Shown here piece by piece: positions 38,700 through 49,622 of a DNA stretch of 64,000 nt. The notes beneath the pieces are model-generated. The model was not told the DNA's origin and did no database searches. It saw nothing but the letters and a program-made list of their open reading frames with translations. This DNA is from Opitutales bacterium. GTDB taxonomy: Bacteria; Verrucomicrobiota; Verrucomicrobiia; Opitutales; PNEW01. How positions within the stretch are numbered: position 1 is the first letter of the stretch; each line of letters opens with the position of its first letter. The stretch is taken from the NCBI GenBank assembly GCA_965197745.1, contig CBDANS010000007.1, positions 384,001-448,000 on the forward strand, in the 5' to 3' direction. A program made the translations under genes and the position numbers.

Positions 38700-41576
38700 T
38701 CAAGGTAATTCGCTATCTGTCTGGAAGAGGCCGATGTAGGGTTTGGGGATGATGGCCGCAGCCCGGGAATTATCAGGATGAAATAAAGTTTTCGCATACG
38801 TGTTAACTATTTCAGCTTTCAAGGAAGCGACAATGTCCTGCATCACGGCGATAGCGTCATCGATAGATTCCGGTTTTTCCTGGGCGCGCTTGAGGACAAA
38901 ATTCAGGAGAAACTCATTGGAGCGAAATGCCTGGCGCGTTTTAATTTTAACGGGTCCAATAGCATCGTATACCTCGGATTCGGAAATTCCATTTTCCGCT
39001 ATCTCTTTTGATATATTAAGTATAGCTTGAGCGAGTTCGGGAGCGTGATCCGGGGAAGTATCGATTTGTGCTTCAATTGCCGCGAACGCGGGATACTCGC
39101 GAAAAGATTGGAACTCCGCTTTCGGATTGTAGGAAAGGCCAAGATCTTCACGTAATCGATCCCATAAACGTCGCTCGATAACACCGCTGAGCACTTCTAA
39201 AGCGATGCGGTCCTGCAGTTTCAACTCTTGTTTAATCGGCCAGAAACCGACAACCATGGCCTGGTGTTCCTGACCCGTAAATTCAAGTTGGCGGAAACCG
39301 GCCGGGGCGTTTATTTTTACTTCGCGATCGGGTGCGGCATTTAGTTTCTGGATACGCCGGTCATCTAATGCGCCCAGGGTTTTAGCCATGCTTTCGACAA
39401 CCTCGTCTTTATTTATGTCACCGACTATACTAACTTCGATATAACCGGTTTTAAGCGGTTCTTCGAGCCAGTCCCGGACATCGTTGACGCTGACTTCGGC
39501 ATAATCTCTTCTTGTTCCCCAGGAAAAGCGACCGTCTCCTTTAAAGATATAACTTTGAAAGGCACGATAGCCATTTTGTATACCGATCGATGAAGACGTT
39601 CGATATTGGGCCGCGCCCCGGATGGCATTTTTATAACTGAACCGATAGATGGTCGGTCGATGTAGATACTCAGTAACGATCCCGAGATAATAATCCAGGG
39701 ACTCACTGCCCATCATTCCCCGGAAACTGAAAGCGTCGTGGTCGGTCAAATCAAATCCAAAATTAATCATTGCGGATTTAACGATAGAGGAGATCTGGTA
39801 AGGTTCATAGCGGCTCGTCCCACCGCCGAGGAAGGACTGGAGAGCGAACTCCCGCAAACCCGGCAAATTTTTCTTAAGGTCGAAAAACCCCCCGCCGACA
39901 CGCACAATGACCCTGACCGCACCGGGTTCATGGTGTGATTCAATTAAATTCAAGCGGACATTATTATCGAAACGCATTAAGTGAGCACCGATCTCAGGTA
40001 TCGTTTTTGATTCGACGACGACTCCCGTTTTCCCCCAACTAACCGGTTCGAATTCAAATTCGGACTGATACTGAAATTTCTGTAGATTGGCCGGATCTTT
40101 TCGCCCTTTTGTAATTTCAGCTATAATATTTTTTCCGGCGTCTTTTATTTCAGCGTCACCGGCAATATGATAAGACATATTATCGAGTTCCCAGCATTCT
40201 TTAAAAGAACGGTGTACCGTCCTTTTATTAAGATCTTTGAGATAATCTATTTGTGACGAGAAATCATGATCATAACCAATGAAAACAGTATCTTCGGTAA
40301 TGGATTTTACTATGTGTTCGCATATCTTAGATGGGTCCATTTTAGGATATAGGGAGCGCAATTTTTGCGCCCGAAATAAACTTCGGTTGCGTTGCCATAA
40401 AATGTCTTTTTCCGCAAATCCTTTATTATGGGTGTAACGAATAACTCTATCCAAGGCGCGGACACCCTCCTGCCATTTATTACCACTGACATCAATCGAA
40501 GCTATGGCGGCATCATGATCAAAGAACTGTGTGTACCCGGCTGAACCTTTTGAAGCAAAGGGAAGGGTATCACCGAGCCGTCGCTGGAGGAGTGACATCG
40601 AAAAGTTTCGGTAAAATTTCTGACGTCTGGCATCGCTTGAATCCGCTCGATTACGTGGGGCCGCAACAGAAGCAGCGCGGACCGAAGCTGCTCCAACATG
40701 AGATACCCTGAATGCCGCCGCGTTGAGAGAACGCGATTTTTTCAGACGACCGATGTTGCGTTTAGGTAAAGATGTCGACGGTTTTTTAATGTCGCTAAAG
40801 TTTTCTTCAATTAGGCTGGATAATTGTGATGACTGAAAATCACCGACGGCGACTAGAACCATCAAATCCGGACGGTACCAATTACGGTGAAATTCAAGAA
40901 ACTGATCACGCCTCAGATGTTTAATGCTTTGAGGTGTACCGATTGGCATACGGTCAGTAAATGTCAGTCCATTGAAGATCACCTGGTAGGAGGCCACTTC
41001 AGCCCGGTAGGATAATCCATCTCGGCTTCGCAACTCACTTAAGATGACATTGCGTTCCTTATCGATCTCAGCTGTCTCGAATTTAATACCGTCCGCGATA
41101 TCGCGGAAAAACAAGAGCCCTTTCCTTAAGAGTGATTCGTTACTTTCCCAGAATTCAAGGCCATAAACAGTATGGTCAAATGCGGTGAGCGCATTCACAT
41201 CTTGACCGAGTTCCATTCCCAGTTGCTGGAAAAAGGAAGCCAGTTCACCGGCATCAAAATGACGGGTGCCATTGAATGCCATATGTTCAATAAAATGGGC
41301 AATCCCCAGATTCTCTTCAGTCTCCTCGATTGAGCCGGTGAGAATGAGGAATTTCATGGTTACGCGATTGGGAGCACCCGGGTGTTCCAAGAGAGCGTAT
41401 CTTATCCCGTTTGCTAATCTACCCCAGACGACCCGATCGTCAGCCGACAAACGGCTTCGCTCATGAGCCCATTTTAATTTCCAATCTTCTCCTCTTACTT
41501 CAGATGTCCCGATGGTGAGAAGTCCGAGAAGGACCATGGTTAAAATCGGCTTTAATTTTGTTATCGGGGCAATCAT
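38700..41576 (-). CDS. M16 family zinc protease (PqqL-like), secreted
   Basis: LANGIRY, inverted zinc motif HFIEH, NALTAFD, WYRPD, LREDLGLSY; signal peptide. Confidence 0.9.
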   Translation of the reverse strand: MIAPITKLKPILTMVLLGLLTIGTSEVRGEDWKLKWAHERSRLSADDRVVWGRLANGIRYALLEHPGAPNRVTMKFLILTGSIEETEENLGIAHFIEHMAFNGTRHFDAGELASFFQQLGMELGQDVNALTAFDHTVYGLEFWESNESLLRKGLLFFRDIADGIKFETAEIDKERNVILSELRSRDGLSYRAEVASYQVIFNGLTFTDRMPIGTPQSIKHLRRDQFLEFHRNWYRPDLMVLVAVGDFQSSQLSSLIEENFSDIKKPSTSLPKRNIGRLKKSRSLNAAAFRVSHVGAASVRAASVAAPRNRADSSDARRQKFYRNFSMSLLQRRLGDTLPFASKGSAGYTQFFDHDAAIASIDVSGNKWQEGVRALDRVIRYTHNKGFAEKDILWQRNRSLFRAQKLRSLYPKMDPSKICEHIVKSITEDTVFIGYDHDFSSQIDYLKDLNKRTVHRSFKECWELDNMSYHIAGDAEIKDAGKNIIAEITKGRKDPANLQKFQYQSEFEFEPVSWGKTGVVVESKTIPEIGAHLMRFDNNVRLNLIESHHEPGAVRVIVRVGGGFFDLKKNLPGLREFALQSFLGGGTSRYEPYQISSIVKSAMINFGFDLTDHDAFSFRGMMGSESLDYYLGIVTEYLHRPTIYRFSYKNAIRGAAQYRTSSSIGIQNGYRAFQSYIFKGDGRFSWGTRRDYAEVSVNDVRDWLEEPLKTGYIEVSIVGDINKDEVVESMAKTLGALDDRRIQKLNAAPDREVKINAPAGFRQLEFTGQEHQAMVVGFWPIKQELKLQDRIALEVLSGVIERRLWDRLREDLGLSYNPKAEFQSFREYPAFAAIEAQIDTSPDHAPELAQAILNISKEIAENGISESEVYDAIGPVKIKTRQAFRSNEFLLNFVLKRAQEKPESIDDAIAVMQDIVASLKAEIVNTYAKTLFHPDNSRAAAIIPKPYIGLFQTDSELP

Positions 41577-41744
41577 TGAATTTAAAAGAAATCACTAATG
41601 AAAATATTCTCAAGGATAGAAAAGAGAAGAAACAGCATGGAGAACAATTTAATGTAAGTACACCCATTTTCAATTGTCTTATTGAGAATAGCTACGCCAA
41701 ACTTCGTAAACTCACTGACCGATTTATATCCTGAGGCCTTATTT

Positions 41745-42890
41745 TTAAAAGACTTGCAGGATTTTTCGGTAGGCATCCATGGCATGCTGGACGGTGTCGA
41801 TGCGAATACCACTGCGTTCCGCATTGTATTTGAGCGCGCCCACCACACGGTCCGGGCGATTGAAGTGGGCAGTATTCTCCTGTGTGTATTGAAGTTTGAT
41901 AAGGTTTGAGATAGCCAGGGTTATCGCCTCTTTATAAATCATCTGACGCTCTATATCCCCCATGAGTTCAGCCATTTCATAGGCATAGGCCAGCCCTTCA
42001 GTAAATACTCCGTCTGATGAAGAATGAGGGCTACCGTATTGCGGGGTAGCAGGATTATAAAAGCGCCCCACTTCTTCGCGGTGATCAAGCAGCTCAAGCA
42101 ATTTATCGTTCAAGGTGAAAAGCGCTGTTGCGTATAATGGGTTTCTCGTAATCTTCCAGAGTTTATTCATGGAAATCGAGTGCCATGGCACGTAGGCAGG
42201 GTAGTAATTCTTTTCAATCTGTTTGACATATTTATCAATGTAAAATGCTTGAGATTTAATTGCGGCATCAAGATATCTTTTATTTTGCGTTTTTTCATAG
42301 TACTCCACGAGGGCAACGAGGGCTTCTCCGGAATAAAAAGTTAAAAGATAATCTTCGTTATAGGCATAACCGGGTTCGATGAACCAGGGATGAAAAGCGC
42401 CATTTACATCCATCAACATCAGAATCCCTTCAGCCAGCTTTTCAGCTTTTAATTGATACTGGTCAAAGGAAGGGCTCCAGACGAGAGTTCTAAGAAGGAA
42501 GGCGTTGGCTCCGAGTTTCGACTTTTTATCGTAATAGACATAAGCGAGTTTACCGTTTTCCCTATACCAGTTCTCAAGAGAGAAAGAGAGGTTCTTACGA
42601 TGAAGGAAAAGTATATGGGGCGATTCATGGCTCAACTCGGCGAGCAAGCGCGAAGCCATCAGCTGTCGAAGGGCATTATTTTTGTTAGGATACTCATCCG
42701 TTTTCGGGTGATAAATATAATTAAAGAGACCTTTACTGCGGAGATTAAATAGCAGCCATTTTTCCGCTGCATCGTAGGACTGCTTTACATCCTTAAGGAA
42801 GACAACATTACTCGATAAGCGATTGTCCGTTTCCGCCGATTCGGCAATGAGGGTGAAAGCGAGAATGAAAGCAACTGCCAGTTGTTTCAT
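41745..42890 (-). CDS. Secreted hypothetical protein, probable (alpha/alpha)-toroid fold
   Basis: Signal peptide from ATG 42890 (MKQLAVAF); helical repeats YSGEALVAL, EGLAYAY, IRIDTVQHA. Confidence 0.6.
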   Translation of the reverse strand: MKQLAVAFILAFTLIAESAETDNRLSSNVVFLKDVKQSYDAAEKWLLFNLRSKGLFNYIYHPKTDEYPNKNNALRQLMASRLLAELSHESPHILFLHRKNLSFSLENWYRENGKLAYVYYDKKSKLGANAFLLRTLVWSPSFDQYQLKAEKLAEGILMLMDVNGAFHPWFIEPGYAYNEDYLLTFYSGEALVALVEYYEKTQNKRYLDAAIKSQAFYIDKYVKQIEKNYYPAYVPWHSISMNKLWKITRNPLYATALFTLNDKLLELLDHREEVGRFYNPATPQYGSPHSSSDGVFTEGLAYAYEMAELMGDIERQMIYKEAITLAISNLIKLQYTQENTAHFNRPDRVVGALKYNAERSGIRIDTVQHAMDAYRKILQVF

Positions 42891-42925
42891 GATCGAATGC
42901 CGGTGTGGAGTTATCAGCCTACCTC

Positions 42926-45104
42926 TCAATCAGGCTTCGCGCGCCGTTGATCACATAGCTGAACGGCAAGGGCGACGACATAGTGGACTTCATCCAGATC
43001 ATTTAAAGGTTTATGTAAATGAAAATCAAATTTAGACAATCGCTGGTCATCCTCTCTAATCTGCCAACCAGTCATTAATATTGTAGCAACCGATGGATTT
43101 ATGAGACGAATTTCATTGGCTATCTGATCTCCGGGGATGCCTGGCATGCCCAAGTCAATCAAAGCGACGTCAAATTCATGGTCAGTAATACTGGCGATTG
43201 CATCCTTGCCGTTTGAAGCGTTGCTTACTTCATGTTTATCCCTGAGCATTATGGAAATAAGGCTTCCTACATCTTCCTGATCATCAATGACCAGTATTTT
43301 AGCGCGCCGCACTTTTGGTAATTCAATTTTTACTTCTGATTTAGGTTTTCCTCCTTTTGCTTTTGGTAACCAGAGAGTGATGCTTGTTCCTTTATTAGTT
43401 TCACTTTCAAGATCAACAGTGCCACCCCAGCGATTGATACTGCTATTCACGGTAGAAAGTCCCAGGCCTGTACCGAGCTCAAGTTTGGTCGTAAAAAAAG
43501 GTTCAAACGCTTGTTTTCTGGTTTCTGCATCCATCCCCCTACCACTATCCTTGGTTACTATCTGGATCCCATCGTCGACATGTGAAGTCCTTATAATGAT
43601 GGTCCCCCCCTCGGGCATTGCGTCCACGGCATTAAAAATTAGGTTCATGATGATATTAAATAATCCCGACGAGGTTGCCCGGACAGGATAGCGCTCTTCA
43701 GTGAGTTCAAGTTTTATGGCAATGGTGATACCGCGTGCTTCGGGACCATCTTTCCATTTGGGTTGTGTTGCTTTAATTGCCTCATGAATAACCGGATTTA
43801 CTAAAGTAAACCCTTCTGCCTCCTCATCCCCTCCGCGAAAGGTGAGTTGAAGTCGCGATACCAGGTCTTGAGCACGCAGACCGGAGGCATGGATCTGCTC
43901 TATTCGTTCGAGCAAGACCGGGTCATTTACGGCTTTTTTCAGGAGTTCGGTGCCGACCATGATGCCCACGAGTATATTATTAAGGTTGTGACTGATCCCG
44001 GCTGCCATTTCTCCGAGAGCGTGAAGACTTTCAGTAAGGATTTGCTTTTTCTCACTCTTCTCCAGCTGTGCCATCATGCTGTTGATGGTTTCACCAAATT
44101 TAGCAATTTCATCATTGCCGCTAATGTCTATTCGTGAAGAGAGATCTCTACTTTGACTTATTTTTTCAATACTATCACTAAATTTATCGATCCTGTTTAA
44201 TACCGTTTTTTCTAATATGAGGAAAGTAATGAGACCAAAAATGGTGCCGGTGATCAGAATGAAAATAATTAAGTAGTTCACGGTATTTTTGCCCTGCCTA
44301 TATAAATCTTTAGGCATATCGATTCTTAAGATTACGGCAGGTTGACCAAATATATCCTTCAAAGTAATATAACCTAATATAGAGACATTATCGTGAGGCT
44401 GGACAATTAGCTGGTCCTCTTGCCTCAAGGTGTTAAGGACCGCACCAATTTCAGCGGGCATGGATTCGTTTTGGAAGGTGAACGTCTCAAGTGACAACTC
44501 AGTAATTTCACCAAGCCGCTGTAATTCAGATCCATTAAACAAGCGGCCCATAATTAAGGTGCCGCGTACGGGCCCCTTTTTCAGGCTGTTTAAAAATCGG
44601 GGTAGAAGCAACCATCATCGGTCCTTCAGGCATTATTATGATGCCATTCATACTGCTCTCTTCACCCGTGTGATTGATTAATTGAGGGGTTAACAATGAT
44701 TTTAACCAGCTTTGCGGAAATGGAATTTCGACATCGTTCTCAAGATCATATCCTTTACTGTAAACCAATTCTCCCGAGGCACTAATATACAATATAAAAT
44801 TGATCCGTAATAATTCGTCACTGAATGTTTCATCGACAAGATTTGAACTGATATAATCTTCATTTACCGCTTCAATAAACACATAGGTGTCATCCCACGC
44901 AGACCAGTCTAATGCTGTTGATTGAAGCTGTAGAAGTTCTTCAAAGAAGGCGTTCGTAAAACGATTTAAATTCTCATTTACACGTCTCTCCTCAAGTTGA
45001 GAAAAACTATTGAGAACGACTATTTGTGAGATGAGATAAAACAGTCCAATTAAGACAATAAAGGTAATAATGATAATAAGGACTGTTTTTTTACGAATAG
45101 TCAT
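42926..45104 (-). pseudogene. CHASE4-HAMP-HisKA-HATPase-REC sensor kinase split by a +1 frameshift
   Basis: DWSAWDDTY in the upstream ORF; removing one base from the run at 44592-44596 joins ASTPI to LNSLKKGPVRGTLIMGR; downstream SHNLNN, GTGLGL, REC. Confidence 0.85.
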
Positions 45105-45359
45105 ATAAAGAGATTATGAGAAAATGGGGTAAGATGAAATTCCAAATTTATTAATGATAGGAATCAATCAATATTGGGCAATAGCATAAGATAAATGGCT
45201 TTATTGATTACATATCAAGAGATTTATGGATTGGTTATATACCGAATGAGCAACTAAGCACGGCGGAGTGGACGGTTGAGAAATGCTGGCGACCATTGCT
45301 CTGAGCATTGACAGATACTATAAGTACCCTCTAATGAAGGAAATTTATATAGAAAGAAT

Positions 45360-46082
45360 ATGGCAGTTAACCTGGCATTAATCGAACAATTGCGAGAATT
45401 TGAGACTCCGACGATCGCGGAATCGTTATTGGCTCTGGGCTGTGATGACAACTACAAGTATTTCACAGGAAGTGAAATCAAGCTTATGACCCGTGTCCTT
45501 CATCCCATGGTCGGGGTGGCAATAACATTGATCGTCGATACCAGCACACCAGGTCTCGAGCTTGGTCGCGAAGGTATCATCGCGGCGGGTGAAAAGATGC
45601 TTGAGACTGACCTGCCGACTGTCGTAGTCATGAAATCTGTCGGCTCGAGAATGTCGCATGAATGTGTCACAGGTGACGGGATGTGTAAATCGTTTCAGTC
45701 CAATGGATGCGTTGGACTTGTCGCCGACGGCGCGGTTCGCGACCTCGACGCCATAAACAAGCTTGCGTTTCCCGTTTATGCCTCGGGGGCGGTGAGTGAC
45801 CATGCGACCCTGAATTACAAACTGGTTTCCGAACCGATTACCATTAGTGGCGTTTCCATAAACACCAATGACTTATTGCATGGCGACAACAACGGGGTGC
45901 ACCTGATCCCGGAGAAATACCATCACGCCATCGTCGAAGCCTGTTGTTTGACCCGTGATTTTGAGACGCGGGCGCACATTCTCAATCGGCGTACCGACAT
46001 TAATGCTCGCGATCAGCTCGCGCAGGTTGACGAGCTCGCCAATGTGAGAAAAGAAAAATGCATGGCCCTGATGAAGGGGTGA
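45360..46082 (+). CDS. RraA/HMG aldolase-like protein
   Basis: TPTIAE, PMVGVAIT, GDGM, DGAVRD, LLHGDNNGV. Confidence 0.85.
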   Translation: MAVNLALIEQLREFETPTIAESLLALGCDDNYKYFTGSEIKLMTRVLHPMVGVAITLIVDTSTPGLELGREGIIAAGEKMLETDLPTVVVMKSVGSRMSHECVTGDGMCKSFQSNGCVGLVADGAVRDLDAINKLAFPVYASGAVSDHATLNYKLVSEPITISGVSINTNDLLHGDNNGVHLIPEKYHHAIVEACCLTRDFETRAHILNRRTDINARDQLAQVDELANVRKEKCMALMKG

Positions 46083-46342
46083 GCGATGGGGTAAAACTAT
46101 CGGGAGCACTATGAAATAGAGGGGGTATTCATTCCATGGAAGCCCCTCTTGATGACCCATCGAGAGGACCCCTCAGCAGTCCCGGGGGAAGCTTAAAAGC
46201 CCTTTCTGTAAAATATATGTAAAAGTAAAATATTGGCCTATATATAGGTAAAAAACACTAGACAATATAGATTAATACCTTATTATATGCCTCTATTAAT
46301 CCTGATTATCATAATAAATTAAAAAAAGACCTGAATCTGCAG

Positions 46343-46768
46343 TTGCACAAAGGAGACAGAAATGCCTTTACCCTTGTTGAAGTAATTGTGGGTATGGCGA
46401 TATTCGGGTTAATATTTGCGTCGATTGCAACGGTACTCACCCGTGGCTATGTAATCATTGAGAACGCACGCGATAATGCGCGCATCAATCAGATATTGCA
46501 AAGTGAGATAGAAAATCTTCGCGCCTTAAGTTGGAATGATATCGAAGCCCTGCCCGTTCAGCATCAGATCATGCCGCAAGCAGGATTTGGTACAACCTTA
46601 AACGATCGATACAACATCGAAAGAAACATAAATCAACGAAAGCCTGATCAGAAAGAGATCGTCGTGTCGATTACCTGGATGGATGATAAACAGGTAAATC
46701 ATAGTCGTAGATTTGTCACATACTACACGAGGGGAGGAATAAATGACTATTTGTATCGGTCATTTTAA
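46343..46768 (+). CDS. Prepilin-type N-terminal cleavage/methylation protein (minor pilin)
   Basis: A|FTLVEVIV with Glu5 and hydrophobic helix. Confidence 0.85.
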   Translation: MHKGDRNAFTLVEVIVGMAIFGLIFASIATVLTRGYVIIENARDNARINQILQSEIENLRALSWNDIEALPVQHQIMPQAGFGTTLNDRYNIERNINQRKPDQKEIVVSITWMDDKQVNHSRRFVTYYTRGGINDYLYRSF

Positions 46769-47294
46769 AGGTAAAACAAGCGAAGAGGAACATGCCTTCA
46801 CCCTTGTGGAGTTCATGGTCGCATTAACAATTTTCGGGATGTTAGCGGGGGGCCTTTCCTCCTGTTTTTTAGTCTTTCTCAAAAGCACGATGGGGCTGGG
46901 AAATTATGCTGACATGACGGTACAAAGCCAACAGTTCTTAGAAAGATTCGGACGGGAAATGCGAATGGCGAAGGACGTGTGGATCGCGTCAGAAAATCAA
47001 ATCAGCATTGATATTCCAACAGATATCGGAACGAAAACGATAGATTATTTTTTTGATCCAGACACGAAAAAAATAATCCGTGAGTTCAATGAGGTTGAGC
47101 GACCGGTGCTCAGCAATGTAGAAGATTTCAATTTAAACTATTACAATCTGCAGGGAAATATGACAACATCGCTACTCGAGATCAAAGAAATCCAACTCGA
47201 AGCAAATCTGTTGAAGAATGTCCTTTATATTGAAAACAATAATGAGTTTGTTTCAGCGCGATTTTTAATGCGGAACAGGAAGGTAGCTAATTAA
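46743..47294 (+). CDS. Prepilin-type protein (PilW/GspJ-like)
   Basis: A|FTLVEFMV; ERFGREMRMA; C-terminal MRN. Confidence 0.85.
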   Translation: MTICIGHFKGKTSEEEHAFTLVEFMVALTIFGMLAGGLSSCFLVFLKSTMGLGNYADMTVQSQQFLERFGREMRMAKDVWIASENQISIDIPTDIGTKTIDYFFDPDTKKIIREFNEVERPVLSNVEDFNLNYYNLQGNMTTSLLEIKEIQLEANLLKNVLYIENNNEFVSARFLMRNRKVAN

Positions 47295-47316
47295 AAAGTT
47301 TCATAATAAATCGAAA

Positions 47317-48624
47317 ATGAATTGGAAATCAAAGAGAGGCGCGGCGCTGGTAATGGCCATTATTTTTACCCTGATAATGGCTTCATTGGCGGTCAGTTAT
47401 TTAAATATTGCCGTGAATGGGTTGATTGTTTCCGACCGATCGATATTATATAACTCCGCATTAAATCTTGGCGAGGCGGGAGTGGAGGAAGCGGCCTGGT
47501 CCCTTAATCATAAAGACTGGATGGAATGGTCGGGGACCGGGATATTTAAAACACGCACTTTTTCACAAATTGACATAGGCTCAAACAGGACGGGAAACAT
47601 TTCGGTTATTGTAGAGGATTTTTCAAATGATCCAACGGTATTTGCCGAAGGGAGCTCACAATCAGTATATGGTGATGATTATTATAAGCAGATTGAAGTA
47701 AAACTAACGCGGCGTTCCCTCTTTGCGAACGGACTGACAGCCAAAGATGCCATATCATTCGTCGGATCCAATGTGACCATAGACAGTTTCAATTCGGATG
47801 ACGGGGATTATGATATATTTTTCAATCGTGGAGCGAATGTCACGGTAGCGAGTCCTTCGGTCGGTGTTAACGCCGTTAATGTGCAGAATGCAAAGGTTTT
47901 TGGATATGTCGCCACCGGTGGGGGTGATGTCGGGTTTGGTCCTAACGGTTATGTCTCGGAAGTAGTCGATCCGCCTGTTCACGATCCAACCCGAATTACA
48001 AAAGATTTCAGAGCTGAATTTTTAAATGTAAGTGCTCCTGCTTTCAGTCTTCCCAATACGAGCCTACCTGAGGGCGAAAACAAAACAATTGGAACGCCTG
48101 GTGCCTTTTCACCTGAAGAGTACAAATTAACGGATTTAAATATCTCTCAAAATGAGAAACTCGTCATTGCCGGTCCCGTCACGATACTCGTCGATAATGA
48201 CGTCGATGTGAAGGGTGAGATCGAGGTGGGCGAGTTTGGAAATGTCAAAATTTATGTCGAAGGTGATTTTACGGTTGGGGGCGGGAGCGGCACGGTCAAT
48301 AATACCGGCGTAGCTTCCGCATTTGTCATCTATGGCACGAACACGACTCCGGGAGATCAGTCAATAACGCTATCTGGCAGTGGCGATCTCAAAGCTGCGA
48401 TATATGCTCACAATGCGAGTGTGGATTTATCTGGCGGGGGCGGCACGGGGGTATTTTTTGGCGCGGCCGTGGCTTACAATATTACTTTCAACGGCACTTA
48501 CGTTTTTCATTATGACGAAGCCCTGAATAACTTTATTGGAGATGATCCTACATTTAAAATAAAAAGTTGGCGTGAACTGGTAGGCAGTGAAAGAATCAAT
48601 TTCGACAATTATACTCAATTATAG
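47317..48624 (+). CDS. PilX/GspK-like large minor pilin with beta-rich C-terminal domain
   Basis: RG|AALVMA lacking Glu5; ALNLGEAGVEEA; IDSFNS; FHYDEAL; SWRE. Confidence 0.82.
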   Translation: MNWKSKRGAALVMAIIFTLIMASLAVSYLNIAVNGLIVSDRSILYNSALNLGEAGVEEAAWSLNHKDWMEWSGTGIFKTRTFSQIDIGSNRTGNISVIVEDFSNDPTVFAEGSSQSVYGDDYYKQIEVKLTRRSLFANGLTAKDAISFVGSNVTIDSFNSDDGDYDIFFNRGANVTVASPSVGVNAVNVQNAKVFGYVATGGGDVGFGPNGYVSEVVDPPVHDPTRITKDFRAEFLNVSAPAFSLPNTSLPEGENKTIGTPGAFSPEEYKLTDLNISQNEKLVIAGPVTILVDNDVDVKGEIEVGEFGNVKIYVEGDFTVGGGSGTVNNTGVASAFVIYGTNTTPGDQSITLSGSGDLKAAIYAHNASVDLSGGGGTGVFFGAAVAYNITFNGTYVFHYDEALNNFIGDDPTFKIKSWRELVGSERINFDNYTQL

Positions 48625-49107
48625 AAATTGTTAACGGTCCAATTGTATTCGCAGCCCCTGGTACTTCAGACGCGATATATTATCATCATCAGAGTGGAGT
48701 GGAGCGCGGCCGTCTCTACCGCTTAGCATTGCCAGCAAATGTGGGATAATACATTAGCGGAGGATCACTTCTGGATGGGTTGCATTAATAATGACTTTCC
48801 GGTTGCGAACGCATCTAATGGGATGGACGCCTGAGCATCGTTGTGTCCTGTTTGTGGCCCGGATTATTCTTATCCTGTCATTGAGTGATCTCATGAAGAG
48901 GGGAAAAAGAGGTTTTTTATTTGTGTCCTTATTAAAATCTCATCATTTTGGTAATTAACACTTTGAAGATATTTTGGGAATGCTGATTTAAGGGTCAGTG
49001 AAATAATTAAATAAAATAGAATCGCCACTTTTCCAATTTATGGTTATACCCTATAATTCTATTGTGTATTAATAAATCATTGGGTTAACCATAAATCATT
49101 CAAAGCG

Positions 49108-49536
49108 ATGAATAGAGAAGACTTAATTGCATTAAAACAAAATCTGGAGTCTAAAATAGAAGCCATAAATCTTCTCTTAGAAGACCCAGGATTATTTAGT
49201 AATAGTACTGAACTAAAGGGTAAGCGAGGACGAAAAAGAAAAAGCACAGGTTTACCCGCTGGCTCCAGTGAGAGGAGCATTATGGGTACTGTTCGTGAAG
49301 CGATTACACGAATGGGAGGGGATTTTACGGCCAATGATATCCTCGATTCCATTAAGGCGAGGTATCCGAAGTCGAAAATAAAAGATGTAAAGTTGATCAA
49401 GAACCCGATGTGGCAACTTCAAAGGACCGGTGAAATTGAAGTGGTGAGCAAAGGGGGCGGGCGAAGGGCTAACGTCTATCGTTGGGTTATGGCAGACGAA
49501 CAAATTCCAAGGCTTAGTGCTGAGAAGTTACGATAA
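49108..49536 (+). CDS. Small basic protein: coiled coil, KRGRKRK linker, putative winged-helix domain
   Basis: REDLIALKQNLESKIEAINLLL; FTANDIL...MWQLQRTGEIEVVSKGGGRRANVY. Confidence 0.65.
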   Translation: MNREDLIALKQNLESKIEAINLLLEDPGLFSNSTELKGKRGRKRKSTGLPAGSSERSIMGTVREAITRMGGDFTANDILDSIKARYPKSKIKDVKLIKNPMWQLQRTGEIEVVSKGGGRRANVYRWVMADEQIPRLSAEKLR

Positions 49537-49622
49537 AGGGAGGAAGGTAAATAGTCGATCGGTGATAGTCATCAGCTTTCATGCTCTTGCCTTAAGGGAT
49601 TGGGGAGAAGAGAAGTAATAAA

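Noticed and set aside
44589..44597. Programmed -1 frameshift at TTTAAAC
   Set aside because: Heptamer is out of phase; restoring the gene needs a +1 shift
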